Shown here: piece after piece, positions 1-9,504 of the stretch
Layout of the letters: every line of letters starts with the position of its first letter
How positions within the stretch are numbered: position 1 is the stretch's first letter
NCBI GenBank assembly: GCA_032718475.1
Contig: JAUCBJ010004985.1
Span: 1 to 35,967 of the forward strand
Direction of reading: 5' to 3'
Source of the DNA: Nemertoderma westbladi
Lineage: Eukaryota; Animalia; Xenacoelomorpha
Length of the DNA stretch: 35,967 nucleotides
Translations under genes and position numbers: made by a program
The notes under the pieces: generated by a model
What the model was told of the DNA's origin: nothing
The model's database searches: none
Seen by the model: only the letters and a program-made list of their open reading frames with translations

Positions 1-156
1 AACCTTACACTGCAATAATAAAATCTAAGCATCCGAATTCAGCCTCCCGGGTGTAGATCCATCGGGTGAATGATCGCGCATGGGCTGGCTTCGGCTAATG
101 TTTTGTTTATTAGCATAAAATATTGTCGTATGCTAAAGGTGTGTTAATTAACTAAA

Positions 157-210
157 AGACATATAAATTTTGGCAGGTTAAACTGCTAAAGGTCTTCAAA
201 AGCGCGAACA
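157..210 (+). repeat. Dispersed repeat fragment, second copy at about 31089-31141
   Basis: AAGACATATAAATTTTGGCAGGTTAAACTGCTAAAGGTCTTCAAAAGCGCGAACA closely matches AAGACACATAAATTAGCAGGTTAAACTGTTAAAGGTCTAAAAGCGCGGACA in the same orientation. Confidence 0.75.
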
Positions 211-335
211 CAACTACTTTAGGATGTACCCCCCCCCCCCCCCCCCCCAAACACCCATTTGCAACTATTAGGGATAATAATGAAAAAATAATGAGAAAAA
301 ATAACAAAAAATAACAAAATTATAAAAGTGGAAGT

Positions 336-971
336 TTAAACGAACGGATGAAGTGGTAGGCATTCACCAGCGGCAGCATAGTGTAAAGATGATAGGTGAA
401 TAAAGATGAATTTCAGGGGTTTTTATGTGCTTTTCCCCTACCTTCCTTTTTGTTTTTGTCTTGGTTTTTCTGTTTCTTGTGATTTCTTACTTTGTAAAAA
501 TTACAGCTATCATTATGTTGCATTCTACCTAACCATGCGCTTTAAGTAGATACCCCATAATCCGATGTAACCTACCTAATCCAATTATACCATTCAGTAT
601 GTAGACACATGACCACTCCTGGGATTTCCCTATCAACTTCTCCCAACCTTATAACCCAACCTGCAACCCTATATTTGTACTTTAGATTGACAGCTTACAA
701 CTAACTCGGTGTACTTTCCCTATCACAATTACCTTACGTTATACAGTACATACATACACGTTAACCTTTCTGGGATTCACCTATCAGGTATTCCCCTTTA
801 AAACTTATATATATATATATATAGACCCAAGACCCCCACCTTTTCCTGTTAGTTGCCAGTACATAGTCTGATGCAGACCGGTAGGTCGAAAACGTTTACT
901 ATTGTATCTTTATCTAATATAATATAACCAGCTAAAGACCCTCAATACTTTATTTTTTCTATCATCTTTAC
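336..971 (+). mobile_element. Penelope-like element (PLE) non-coding 3' end / pseudo-LTR remnant
   Basis: Flanked by the 12-bp direct repeat AAAAGTGGAAGT (324-335, 972-983). The 3' terminus CTATCATCTTTACA (959-972) recurs inverted at 382-395. Contains a minimal hammerhead motif at 863-902, as PLE pseudo-LTRs do. No RT or GIY-YIG coding sequence seen, so the PLE call is inferred. Confidence 0.5.
863..902 (+). ncRNA. Minimal type I hammerhead ribozyme-like motif
   Basis: Stem I ATAGT (863-867)/ACTAT (898-902); core CTGATGCA (868-875); stem II GACC-GGTA-GGTC (876-887); GAAA (888-891); palindromic AACGTT stem III; UUU cleavage triplet. The core deviates from canonical CUGANGA by a C at 874. Confidence 0.6.
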
Positions 972-1117
972 AAAAGTGGAAGTGGATTTGAATAAAATCA
1001 AAATCAGAATAAAACAGAATGAGCCCTCCCTACGATCAAAACTCGCTAAGTATATAGCAAATAAATTCCTACATTAAAATAAGCTGCTGCCTAATTAAAG
1101 AAATTGACTTTAATATT

Positions 1118-1310
1118 ATTATTATAGGCATTGCATTGTTGCCAAGCTACTTATGAGATAAACAAAATGTTCCAGAATATTGTGTATTTAATTAAATAGA
1201 ATAAATGGCCTGCAGCGGAAGCAAATACATGCAACTTTCGAATGCCCATCTCTCAGCTATTTCCTAACCAAATTAAAATATTTTTACATATTTGGAATCC
1301 TTGCACGGTC
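1118..1310 (-). repeat. Dispersed MITE-like repeat family X, copy 1
   Basis: About 190 bp aligning to the reverse complement of about 3562-3735, e.g. TTTTTACATATTTGGAATCCTTGCACGGT and GATAAACAAAATGTTCC. Also similar to 21443-21690. Confidence 0.8.
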
Positions 1311-1652
1311 AGCTTGCCCACCCTTAAATATAATAAATGGTATCCAGCGATCAAGAATTCTTGCAACCTCTGAACCCGCGTATCCCTATAAATCAGATCC
1401 AATCTTATATTTATTTCCGTACAATTGAGTTGCATACCTTTCCGGGAAAAAAGTACTCGTTTTCCAATACAGTAAATGTTACTTTATTATTATCCTTTCA
1501 AATCAGGGCCCAGCACCGAAAGGCTTCGTTAAAATTTAAAAGGGATGTTGGTACTTATGTTTTTATCGGTTTATTAAGCAAACGGCGTGAAAACTTTTAG
1601 ACGCCAACCCTGATATGTTTTAATTGGTTGTTTTATTCACTAACTTAGCACA

Positions 1653-2744
1653 CTATACTATAATTAGCTTACCTTTGTCATAGTTACTTATTGAAGTTAC
1701 ATTTATCCCTCTATGCGTCCAGAAACCCTTTGTTTTGAAGTAATATAATTCATGTATGTTGTTAACCGTCATCCTCGACTGCATCCCAACTGTTTCATTT
1801 TCTTTGCGTTTGATTACGTGGTCAACTCTATTTAATGACTGACATGGTTTTACAAGGTTGTTCCTTTTTGCATTATTCAATACTTCCAAAAACCGATGTT
1901 TTTTATGCATCCGTGTGACCTTATTGCCCTTTTGCAATCTGATATCGTTATTATACCTGACATTATCATACTGATTAACTTCCTTTAAATAAACATTGTC
2001 CTTATCGTCGCCTAACATTCCACTAATAACATTATCCTTATAGGCTCTCTTATTTCCATTGTTTCTAATTCTTGGTAACGCAGTTTCTCTAATAGCTACT
2101 ACATCTCTCCATGCCGTGTTCCTTGATGTTTCATCTTTCTTCTTGTCAGGTTCTTTTTCAACCTGTTCACTACTTCCATCTCTCATCCGGGTTATTCCTT
2201 GTCTAACATTATATTTCGGATGCTCATGAGCAACACTGTTAATTAAAGAGCGTCCGATTGTATTATCACTGTTGGTTTTATAATTAGTTTCTGCCCCCCG
2301 ATTAATTAATTTACTGTTTTTCAGTAATCTTACTTCGTTATCCATTGAAGACATGTAAGAGAATTTCGTCCCGTTCTCGTCTTGTATCTCAAATCCCATA
2401 TCGACATTTTCATCTTCTGGTATCTCAAATCCAATGCTATTTGTATTTTCGGTTTTATTGCCGTGAGATACGCTTAAAATTATTTCTGTTTTTGAATCCA
2501 ATGCTCGTTTCTCTGGTTTCCTACCGAGCGGAGTGTGGGGGTCTTGATTTCCCAGGAAGATATGATTTTCCTTGGTGTGTTGCTTCCCTGAAGAATGTGT
2601 AATTCTTTCGTTTTGTTTTCTTACCGATGATATTATATTTACACGATCTGAGTGTCTTTCCTCTAACCTGTTCGGCTGACATGTTATTTTCAGATGAAAT
2701 AATGTTAATGTTATAATTATAGCTGCTAAATTAACGTTATACAT
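1653..2744 (-). CDS. Unknown secreted/extracellular protein; 363-codon ORF, probably the first coding exon (2744-1673) of a spliced gene
   Basis: 1092-bp stop-free frame in AT-rich DNA. ATG followed by hydrophobic LAAIIITLTLF and a plausible cleavage at ITC|QP. N/K/R/D/E-rich body with sequons NKT, NGT, NET, NVT. Strong donor AAG|GTAAGC with the intron starting at 1672, six codons before the stop. No family recognised. Confidence 0.6.
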   Translation of the reverse strand: MYNVNLAAIIITLTLFHLKITCQPNRLEERHSDRVNIISSVRKQNERITHSSGKQHTKENHIFLGNQDPHTPLGRKPEKRALDSKTEIILSVSHGNKTENTNSIGFEIPEDENVDMGFEIQDENGTKFSYMSSMDNEVRLLKNSKLINRGAETNYKTNSDNTIGRSLINSVAHEHPKYNVRQGITRMRDGSSEQVEKEPDKKKDETSRNTAWRDVVAIRETALPRIRNNGNKRAYKDNVISGMLGDDKDNVYLKEVNQYDNVRYNNDIRLQKGNKVTRMHKKHRFLEVLNNAKRNNLVKPCQSLNRVDHVIKRKENETVGMQSRMTVNNIHELYYFKTKGFWTHRGINVTSISNYDKGKLIIV

Positions 2745-3561
2745 TTCAGCTGGACTCCTGGTAGCTACTCCACCTTCTCCAGTTTAACACATTTGCTTCA
2801 TATTTCTGTTGCCAAAGATACGCTGGTATCAACCATTACATATTATAACTATCTTGGAATCCATTGTACATTGTAATGAATTTGCATAAAATTTAAAACA
2901 GTTGACCTCCTGACTTCTTAGTGGGTGGTTCAGAATTTTTATTTTTGCTTTCAATCCTTACCTTGAAGCGTTTACAAAACGTTTCTCCTACATATTTCAC
3001 CAGTTAAACCGGAGTTATTCTTCAACCTTAGAAGATCCTTATGGATAGGTGACCCAATGCGGATTCCAAATCTGAAAAAAAACATGAATTTGCGTGAGAA
3101 ATAGCTGGTATATCGGATGGCGTTCGAATGTTGCATGTTTTGCATCTGTGCGAGTCTCAATTGCCAAACATTCTAGAGTTTCATTTTTCTAATAGATTAA
3201 GTTATAGAATATTTTGTAAATAATACCATTGTGTGTATAGATACAAAACATACTGGCTTACAATGATCTGCTCATATCTTAGGTATTTCACAACGAAATT
3301 AATATTAATTTACTCTACCTTACACCATGCCCTGGAATATAGTGTTCAATATTCAGATTCAATATTCAAGATTCAATATTCCAAAAAAAAATTTTCTACA
3401 AATCTTTCACCTATACCTTCTCCTTAGTGGGTGAGCCATAATTTTGAATTCAATTATTATCAACAAGCGTTAAAAAGGGTGTCTAAGGCGATATTTGACC
3501 AGTTACACTGCAATTGTTCTTCAACGTTATAGTCGTTCTTCAACGTGTACCAATGGAAAGC

Positions 3562-3810
3562 GCACCGTGCAAGGATTCCAAATATGTAAAAACATTTGAA
3601 TTTGGAAATAGTTGAGATTCGAAAGTTTTTGGTTCCCATGCGGGCCATTTACTCTATTTAATAAATGCATAATATTCGGGAACATTTTGTTTATCCCATA
3701 CGTAGCTGGGCAACTGTGCAATGGCCCATTAATCATACTGTTACGTAGTTATTCATACATAAACAAATTTTTCTAGAATGTGGTGTTTTTTAATAGAATA
3801 AAATTGCATC
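3562..3810 (+). repeat. Dispersed MITE-like repeat family X, copy 2 (internally palindromic)
   Basis: Inverted relative to 1118-1310. Internal arms GAACATTTTGTTTAT ... ATAAACAAATTTTTC. True ends not resolved. Confidence 0.75.
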
Positions 3811-4289
3811 GCGCGGGTGCAAAACCATGAAACTTTTGAACGCCCATATCACAGCTAATTTATTTATTTGTATGAAATTAATTTCGCACTACCAAATCGC
3901 CAGGGCGACATATTTTCCAACTTTATATCGCAGTGCGACATTATTTCTCAGTATGTCCATACATTTACTATGTCTAGTATGTGACCACGTCATTATTATG
4001 TTGTTCTAGAAAGTTTAGGTGCACAACTACAAATAATTATCCACCAATACTAGAAAAGAAAGTTTTAAACGAACCTACTACTCAAACCAGTACCCTGAGT
4101 GAGCGAAAATGAATACACGAAAATTGCCATCAACTCAATGATAGAAACACCAGCTGCTGAGGTGCTCATGAGGGCCTAGTAAGCTGCTACTATTTATTGA
4201 ATTGATAGCCCAAACTGCAGAGAAGTATATTATTTGCCAAATTTATTAATATCTCACTCTATCCCTGACAGTAGTCAAACATCATGCAA

Positions 4290-4465
4290 TTGTTTCCCGG
4301 TTGTTTTGTTGTTTTTCCGGTTGTTTTTAGGGGTTATTTTGTTTAGGGATGTTTTCCTGTTGTTTTAAACCCTCGGAGTAGGAAAGCCTCGCTTACGCCT
4401 CGGTTGGTTCCTACTCCTCGGGTGAAAACAACAGGAAAAACAACAAAACAACCGGTCAATAATGT
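4290..4465. mobile_element. Short palindromic non-autonomous element
   Basis: Arms CCGGTTGTTTTGTTGTTTTTCC / GGAAAAACAACAAAACAACCGG and GGAGTAGGAA / TTCCTACTCC around the central CCTCGCTTACGCCTCGG. Confidence 0.6.
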
Positions 4466-4976
4466 ACGTTAGTTTGTATAATGTATTACCCCGACAGCTG
4501 AATAGCTCTTCCCAGTGAATCCTATGGGAATATCTATACGGTTACTATTCACTGATATGTTAGGTTGGAGGCCAGCTGATTGAATTGTAAGCACTGGGCC
4601 GTTCAAATGTTTTATAGGTTGATGATAATGAATGAGGAGGGACCCAACTAGACTACGTTTGTTTATGGACGGTCTCCTTATAGCCAGCTGGCTGGCTTTT
4701 CTAGTTGAATCATATTATTCTGCAACCAATAATTTACTCTTTTAGTCGGATTTGTTTTTATTTTTATGCCGGACTAACAAATTTTGGCGACGTTCTGTGC
4801 GTGATTGGCGATATTTGAAAATCTGAGGCTAAAGTTGCTCAGATGACTGAATATCTCAAATAAAAAAGTCGGTGCACACTCGACGTGTTGAAATCGGTGA
4901 AATTAGACTTTATATTTTCAATACCGCTAATTTTTACTGAACCCGTGGTCGAAACGTTTTGAGGTATTGGATGGTT

Positions 4977-5075
4977 ATACATACATACATACATACATAC
5001 ATACATACATACATACATACATACATACATACATACATACATACATACATACATACATACATACATACATACATA
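4977..5075. repeat. (ATAC)n microsatellite, about 25 perfect units
   Basis: Read directly from the sequence. Confidence 0.98.
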
Positions 5076-5162
5076 ACCACATCGTGTTTTTGAACGGCGC
5101 AACTCTTGAAAGAACTACCCTGGACTATTAATAGGCAGGTTCGTTATAAAATTAGATTCGCC

Positions 5163-5290
5163 ATTGTTCAAAATTAGCATATTAAAGCTTTTACGGCCCT
5201 CGTTTTGTTATTTCCCTCGCTGTCGCTCGGGAATCAAAATCACTCGTGCCGTAACGGCGTAACGCTATAAAGTGCTATTTTATGCACAAT
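5163..5290. mobile_element. Short palindromic non-autonomous element
   Basis: Imperfect arms ATTGTTCAAAATTAGCA..TTACGGC / GCCGTAA..TGCTATTTTATGCACAAT around the central CCCTCGCTGTCGCTCGGG. Confidence 0.5.
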
Positions 5291-5349
5291 GAATTATATA
5301 GTTATTACGACGCAGACAGACCCCGAAATTACATAAATTGCTTAGATTA

Positions 5350-7026
5350 CAGGGTCAGGATACGATACGATACGAACCAATGCAATTTGTTGATAGAAAA
5401 TATTTGTATTTTTTATTTCAATGTTCCATGTTGCTACAGCAATAGTGTGTCTACTGGCTACAACATCCGTAAGGATGTTCTGCAACGGGGCGTAGTTGTA
5501 GTAGACTTTACCTTACCGTAATAAAACTAAATAATGCTTTATTTCTTTTATTCTCTCACTAGAATGCCTTTATCATAACATCAATGCCTTGTAGGCGCGA
5601 TTAGTTATCCTAAAAACTTTATTTAAACTGTAATTAGATTATATTTCAGTGGTATTTTTATCATTATTCTACAGTTAGTGATTAACGATCCTTTGTCTTA
5701 CACATTTTATTGACATGATAAAAACTGTAAACTGTAACCTAATTTATACATCAATTTTGAGAAAAAAGAAGTAAAGAAATAAGTGTTGTGATCTCTGGTT
5801 TGTCTGTTGAAAACATTAATATTTACAAAATAATAAGATACGAAAATACAATACGAAATTCGATACGAATAAAATACTGCGATACGAAATGCGAAAATCC
5901 GATTTCGTATCGTGTAGTACCCTGTCCCGGATCTAGGACACTTCCCTCCCGGACACTTCCCCCCCGGACACTTCCCCCCAGGACACTTCCCCCCCCGGAC
6001 ACTTCCCCCCCCCCGGACACTTCCCCCGTCCGTCGTTCCCCCGTGTTAAAATTAATCTGGGTGCACCAAAGCAATAAACAAAAGTTAAGACCAAGTTAAG
6101 ACCAGTTACGTTACAAGACAAGTTGTATCTAGTCAAGTTTTTTCAAAATTATAAAAGAAACATTTTTATAGTCAAATTTTGTTTGTTTTTCTTTTAATCG
6201 GGGGCTGCCGCCCCCAAACCCCCGCTTCTTTTCTTGGGGGCTATCGCCCCCAAACCCCGGCATTTCCCTGTGGGTGTGCCCGTGCAGAAAGACTTTGAGA
6301 CCGTTTTGAAATAATCAATTCATGTTTGTATCATCAGATAATAAATTGACTAAGCCTAAAGTAGAAGCTGTATTGAATGTTAACCAAATTAATATATAAA
6401 TTACTACAATATTATATAATTCAACAAAATCATATTAAAAATATCCAAGTAACCAGGAAATTTAATTAATTTATCAATTTGTAATGCTGAACACAGAATA
6501 CAGGTCGACGCATGTCGATTTTACCCTGAAGAGGTATAATTTTGATTGTAATATTCATCCCCATCAGCTACAATTTGAAGAAGACTATTACATAATAATA
6601 CCTATAATTAAAACAATTAATTATTATAATTCTATAGTTAATAAAAACAGTATATCATTCGGGGATGGAATTTATAGGTCATCTAATTAATTGTTTAATT
6701 GCAAACAATTTCATACAATGTAATTGCATTGATGAATCCATAAATAAAACTTTGGATACAAAATGTAAAATCGGGATGCAAAAGATCACTTTCTGAGCCA
6801 AGAAAGGAAAATTGGATACAACTTGTCTGGATACAAGCGGTCCGTTTATCTTACAAAATGAAAAATACGAATGTGCGAAGTTAAGAACAGTCGGGGGGGA
6901 AGTGTCCGCGGGGGAAGTGTCTGGGGGGAGGAAGTGTCTGGGGGGGAAGTGTCCTACTTGAACGGGGGGAACTGTCCGGGGGGAAGTGTCCGGGGGGGGG
7001 GAGTGTCCGCACACCCCTTGTCCCTG
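5350..7026. mobile_element. hAT-like MITE (about 580 bp) with its right TIR interrupted by a second element
   Basis: Left TIR CAGGGTCAGGATACGATACGATACGAA (from 5350) versus reconstructed right TIR, reverse-complemented, CAGGGACAGGGTACTACACGATACGAA (23/27). 8-bp TSD TTAGATTA (5342-5349) / TTAGTTTA (7027-7034). CAG termini and 8-bp TSDs are typical of hAT. Confidence 0.7.
5929..7015. mobile_element. Mutator-like (foldback-type) non-autonomous DNA transposon, 1087 bp
   Basis: Inverted arrays of GGACACTTCCCCCC at about 5936-6028 and 6892-7008. Both ends read GG-N5-GGACAC. 9-bp TSD CCCTGTCCC (5920-5928) / CCTTGTCCC (7016-7024). No transposase ORF. Superfamily inferred from TSD length. Confidence 0.75.
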
Positions 7027-7460
7027 TTAGTTTATAGTTTTATGACTTAAGTTTGTGTTACAAGTTATAATATATATAACGACATAGGATCAGGGTTATT
7101 GTCTCATGACTTAGGGTCTTGGTTACATATGATAGCCTCATGATTTAGGGTTATATAGCTTTAATTACGGTTTAGGCCTCCACTCTTACCTGAGTCCGCG
7201 AATAAACCTGATACGTATATCGGATGGCTTGCTGTGTGTCGACGGGAAATAAATAGCTATTTATTTTCCATGTAATAAATAACGTTTTCAATTCGGTTTT
7301 AAAACAACCATAGTTTATTTAGCCTCATATTTTTCGTGTTATCTTCCAAAATTTTCTTTAACCTTTTGAACATGTGCTGCTAAGTGATTGCACTTGCCAC
7401 ACTGTGCGCAGTTACATTGTTTAATTTGTAATGATCATTTATTTTTTCCACTTTTTACAG

Positions 7461-7653
7461 GTACGAATTGTTTAGTGTTATTAATCACACGGGCACCATT
7501 GAAGCTGGGCACTACACAGCTTATATCCGTCACCATAGAAACTCGTGGTACAATTGCGACGACAGCCATATATCGCAAGCGAGCCTGGATGACTGTTTGG
7601 CTAGCGAAGGCTACCTCCTATTCTACCATAAACGTCTTATATCCTATTCATAA
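7461..7653 (+). CDS. USP22: Terminal coding exon of a ubiquitin-specific protease of the USP22/27/51 (Nonstop/Ubp8, SAGA DUB module) subfamily
   Basis: Acceptor CTTTTTACAG|G at 7460/7461. Translates YELFSVINHTGTIEAGHYTAYIRHHRNSWYNCDDSHISQASLDDCLASEGYLLFYHKRLISYS*, containing the USP His box (GHY, W..CDD) and the SEGYLLFYHK end characteristic of USP22/Nonstop. Confidence 0.92.
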
Positions 7654-8725
7654 GTGAAACGCTTCCATCTCTTTAAAAATAAGTTTCTGTCTAAAAATAT
7701 AAAAATAACAGTATCTGTCTGTGTTATAATCAATCAATCATGGTGCTATGGCATTCCAATAACACGAAATCATGCTTTATATGTAACTAAGATATATATT
7801 TTATTTTCCTTACCTGAATATTTTATGTTTAAGAGTATAATACTGGAGTCTATCTATATTATTAAGTATTTAGTTATCATCTAAGCAACTAATTGTTCAA
7901 TTGACTTAAAAGCAGTGTAATGAATGTGTTTGTTTGGGTTGGTGTAATTCGAAAATTTAATATATTGTTTGTGTCAGTTATAAATTCTATATTTTGTAAA
8001 CGTGCTAACCGTATTTTGTTGAAATAACGGTGGATATAATTAATTATAATATAGTTGTGTTGTTTTCGATAAGTTTTGTGGTGTGTGTTTTGTTCTGTAG
8101 TTAGTTGGTGTTAGTTGTTGTAATTGACAATCTGATTGGTTATTTGGAAACTTTTCTGTACCGATTGGCGTGTTACTTTAATTATTGTTTTAACAACTGT
8201 AACGTTATCTAATATTACAATGACAGTGTGGAACAGCTGTAATTAATACAGTTTAATCGTATATACCCTAATTATTTTATGACTATGGGAATATTCCCCC
8301 GTTGGGGGGTGAGGGGGGGGGGGGGGGGGTGGGTAGGAGTCGTGGGTTCCCCCCACGGTTTTTTCTTATTTTGTACATGTCTCCAATGTGGTTGAAAAAT
8401 GAATAGAAAACGATATATATTATACCATCAAAATTACCTACATAAAAAATTTGGCGCCCCGTAGCGGCTTACGTGAGATTTTAAAAATTTCACTAAAAAG
8501 ACACCTCCGTTATTTTCCATTTTTATTTTCCGATACAAAATTTTTTAGAAGCAGCATGTTCAATTTCATCATATTTTTCGCCCACTTTTTGTACTTTCGT
8601 TGTCTATTTCTGATAGCAATTTTGTAAAAAAAATCTAAATTTTTTAAAAACTGAAAAAACACTTGTTGTTGGTGTTGTTGTTGGTGTTGTTAATTTCTCG
8701 TCAGGTTTTGGTTAAGGAATGATAC

Positions 8726-8769
8726 GGCCCCAGTGGCTCAGTTGGTAGAGCGTGGGACTTGGAATCTCT
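8726..8769 (+). pseudogene. tRNA 5'-half fragment (tRNA pseudogene or truncated tRNA-derived SINE head)
   Basis: GGCCCCAGTGGCTCAGTTGGTAGAGCGTGGGACTTGGAATCTC has an A-box/D-arm (GCTC..GAGC) and an anticodon arm with loop CTTGGAA. No T-arm, B-box or 3' acceptor strand follows. Confidence 0.7.
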
Positions 8770-9218
8770 CTCTAGGACCGGTTAATTTTTGTTGTTGTAA
8801 GATTGGTAGTAAGCCATTCAAGGAGACAGTTCATGCGTTAGTAGACGCGTTTGCGCGATTTCGCGCTTGTTTAAATTAAGAAAACTGCTCGTAATTTATT
8901 GAAGCTTATGGAATTACCTTTCCTACTGTATATAAAGCAAAAATTATAAAAAAACGGTTAAGAAATACCGCTAGCGGAGGAGTATTATTTTTCGTGCGAA
9001 AAAGGTCATTCTAAGATAGTCGCCTTCAAAGTTTAATCCTTCCCGCGCAAAACTGCCTATATGGGGTCTGGTTGGTTAATACAGTTTATTTATTTCGAGG
9101 CAATGTAGCCAATTAAGGCCACGATTGACATTTGACTGCACAGTTATTGACGAAAAACAGCACAGAGAATATCCAGTCCAAGAGGGATTCTGGAGTTGGA
9201 GGCTACTCTCATGTTCCA

Positions 9219-9400
9219 CCCCGACCAACAAAGCCATTGGTGAATCTGAGGCAAGTCACAAGACTAGCCTCAGTAAACACCCTAACACTCGGGTCCCCAA
9301 TCACGACAACCCCGCCCAACAAAGCCATTGGTGAATCTGAGGGAAGTCACAAGACTAGCCTCAGTAAACACCCTAACACTTGGGCCCCCAATCACGACAA
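9219..9400 (+). repeat. Tandem duplication of a 91-bp unit at the start of the RTE endonuclease domain
   Basis: CCAACAAAGCCATTGGTGAATCTGAGG...CCCCAATCACGACAA occurs twice, ending at 9309 and 9400, with few mismatches. Confidence 0.95.
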
Positions 9401-9504
9401 GGTGAGCTGACTGCCTTGGCAGATAAGCTTTCTCTTAGCGCAGTGGGTGTTCAAGAGCACCGAATGCAGACTGGACAGACTGATGAGGTTCGGATTAAGG
9501 ACAT

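Noticed and set aside
4839-5102. ORF with CMYV repeats
   Set aside because: Translation of the (ATAC)n microsatellite.
5788-7014. Pro/Gly-rich ORFs (RTLPP, PDTSP, GGEVS)
   Set aside because: Translations of the GGACACTTCCCC transposon repeats.
8337-8769. Permuted tRNA: GTCGTGGGTTCCCCCCACG (about 8339-8357) resembles a T-arm upstream of the 5' half
   Set aside because: It lacks the TTCGA B-box, has no 3' acceptor strand pairing with GGCCCCA, lies about 370 bp away and adjoins a poly-G tract; probably coincidence.
9480-9500. Second hammerhead core CTGATGAGG
   Set aside because: No stem II plus GAAA follows, and the sequence is RTE coding (TDEVR).
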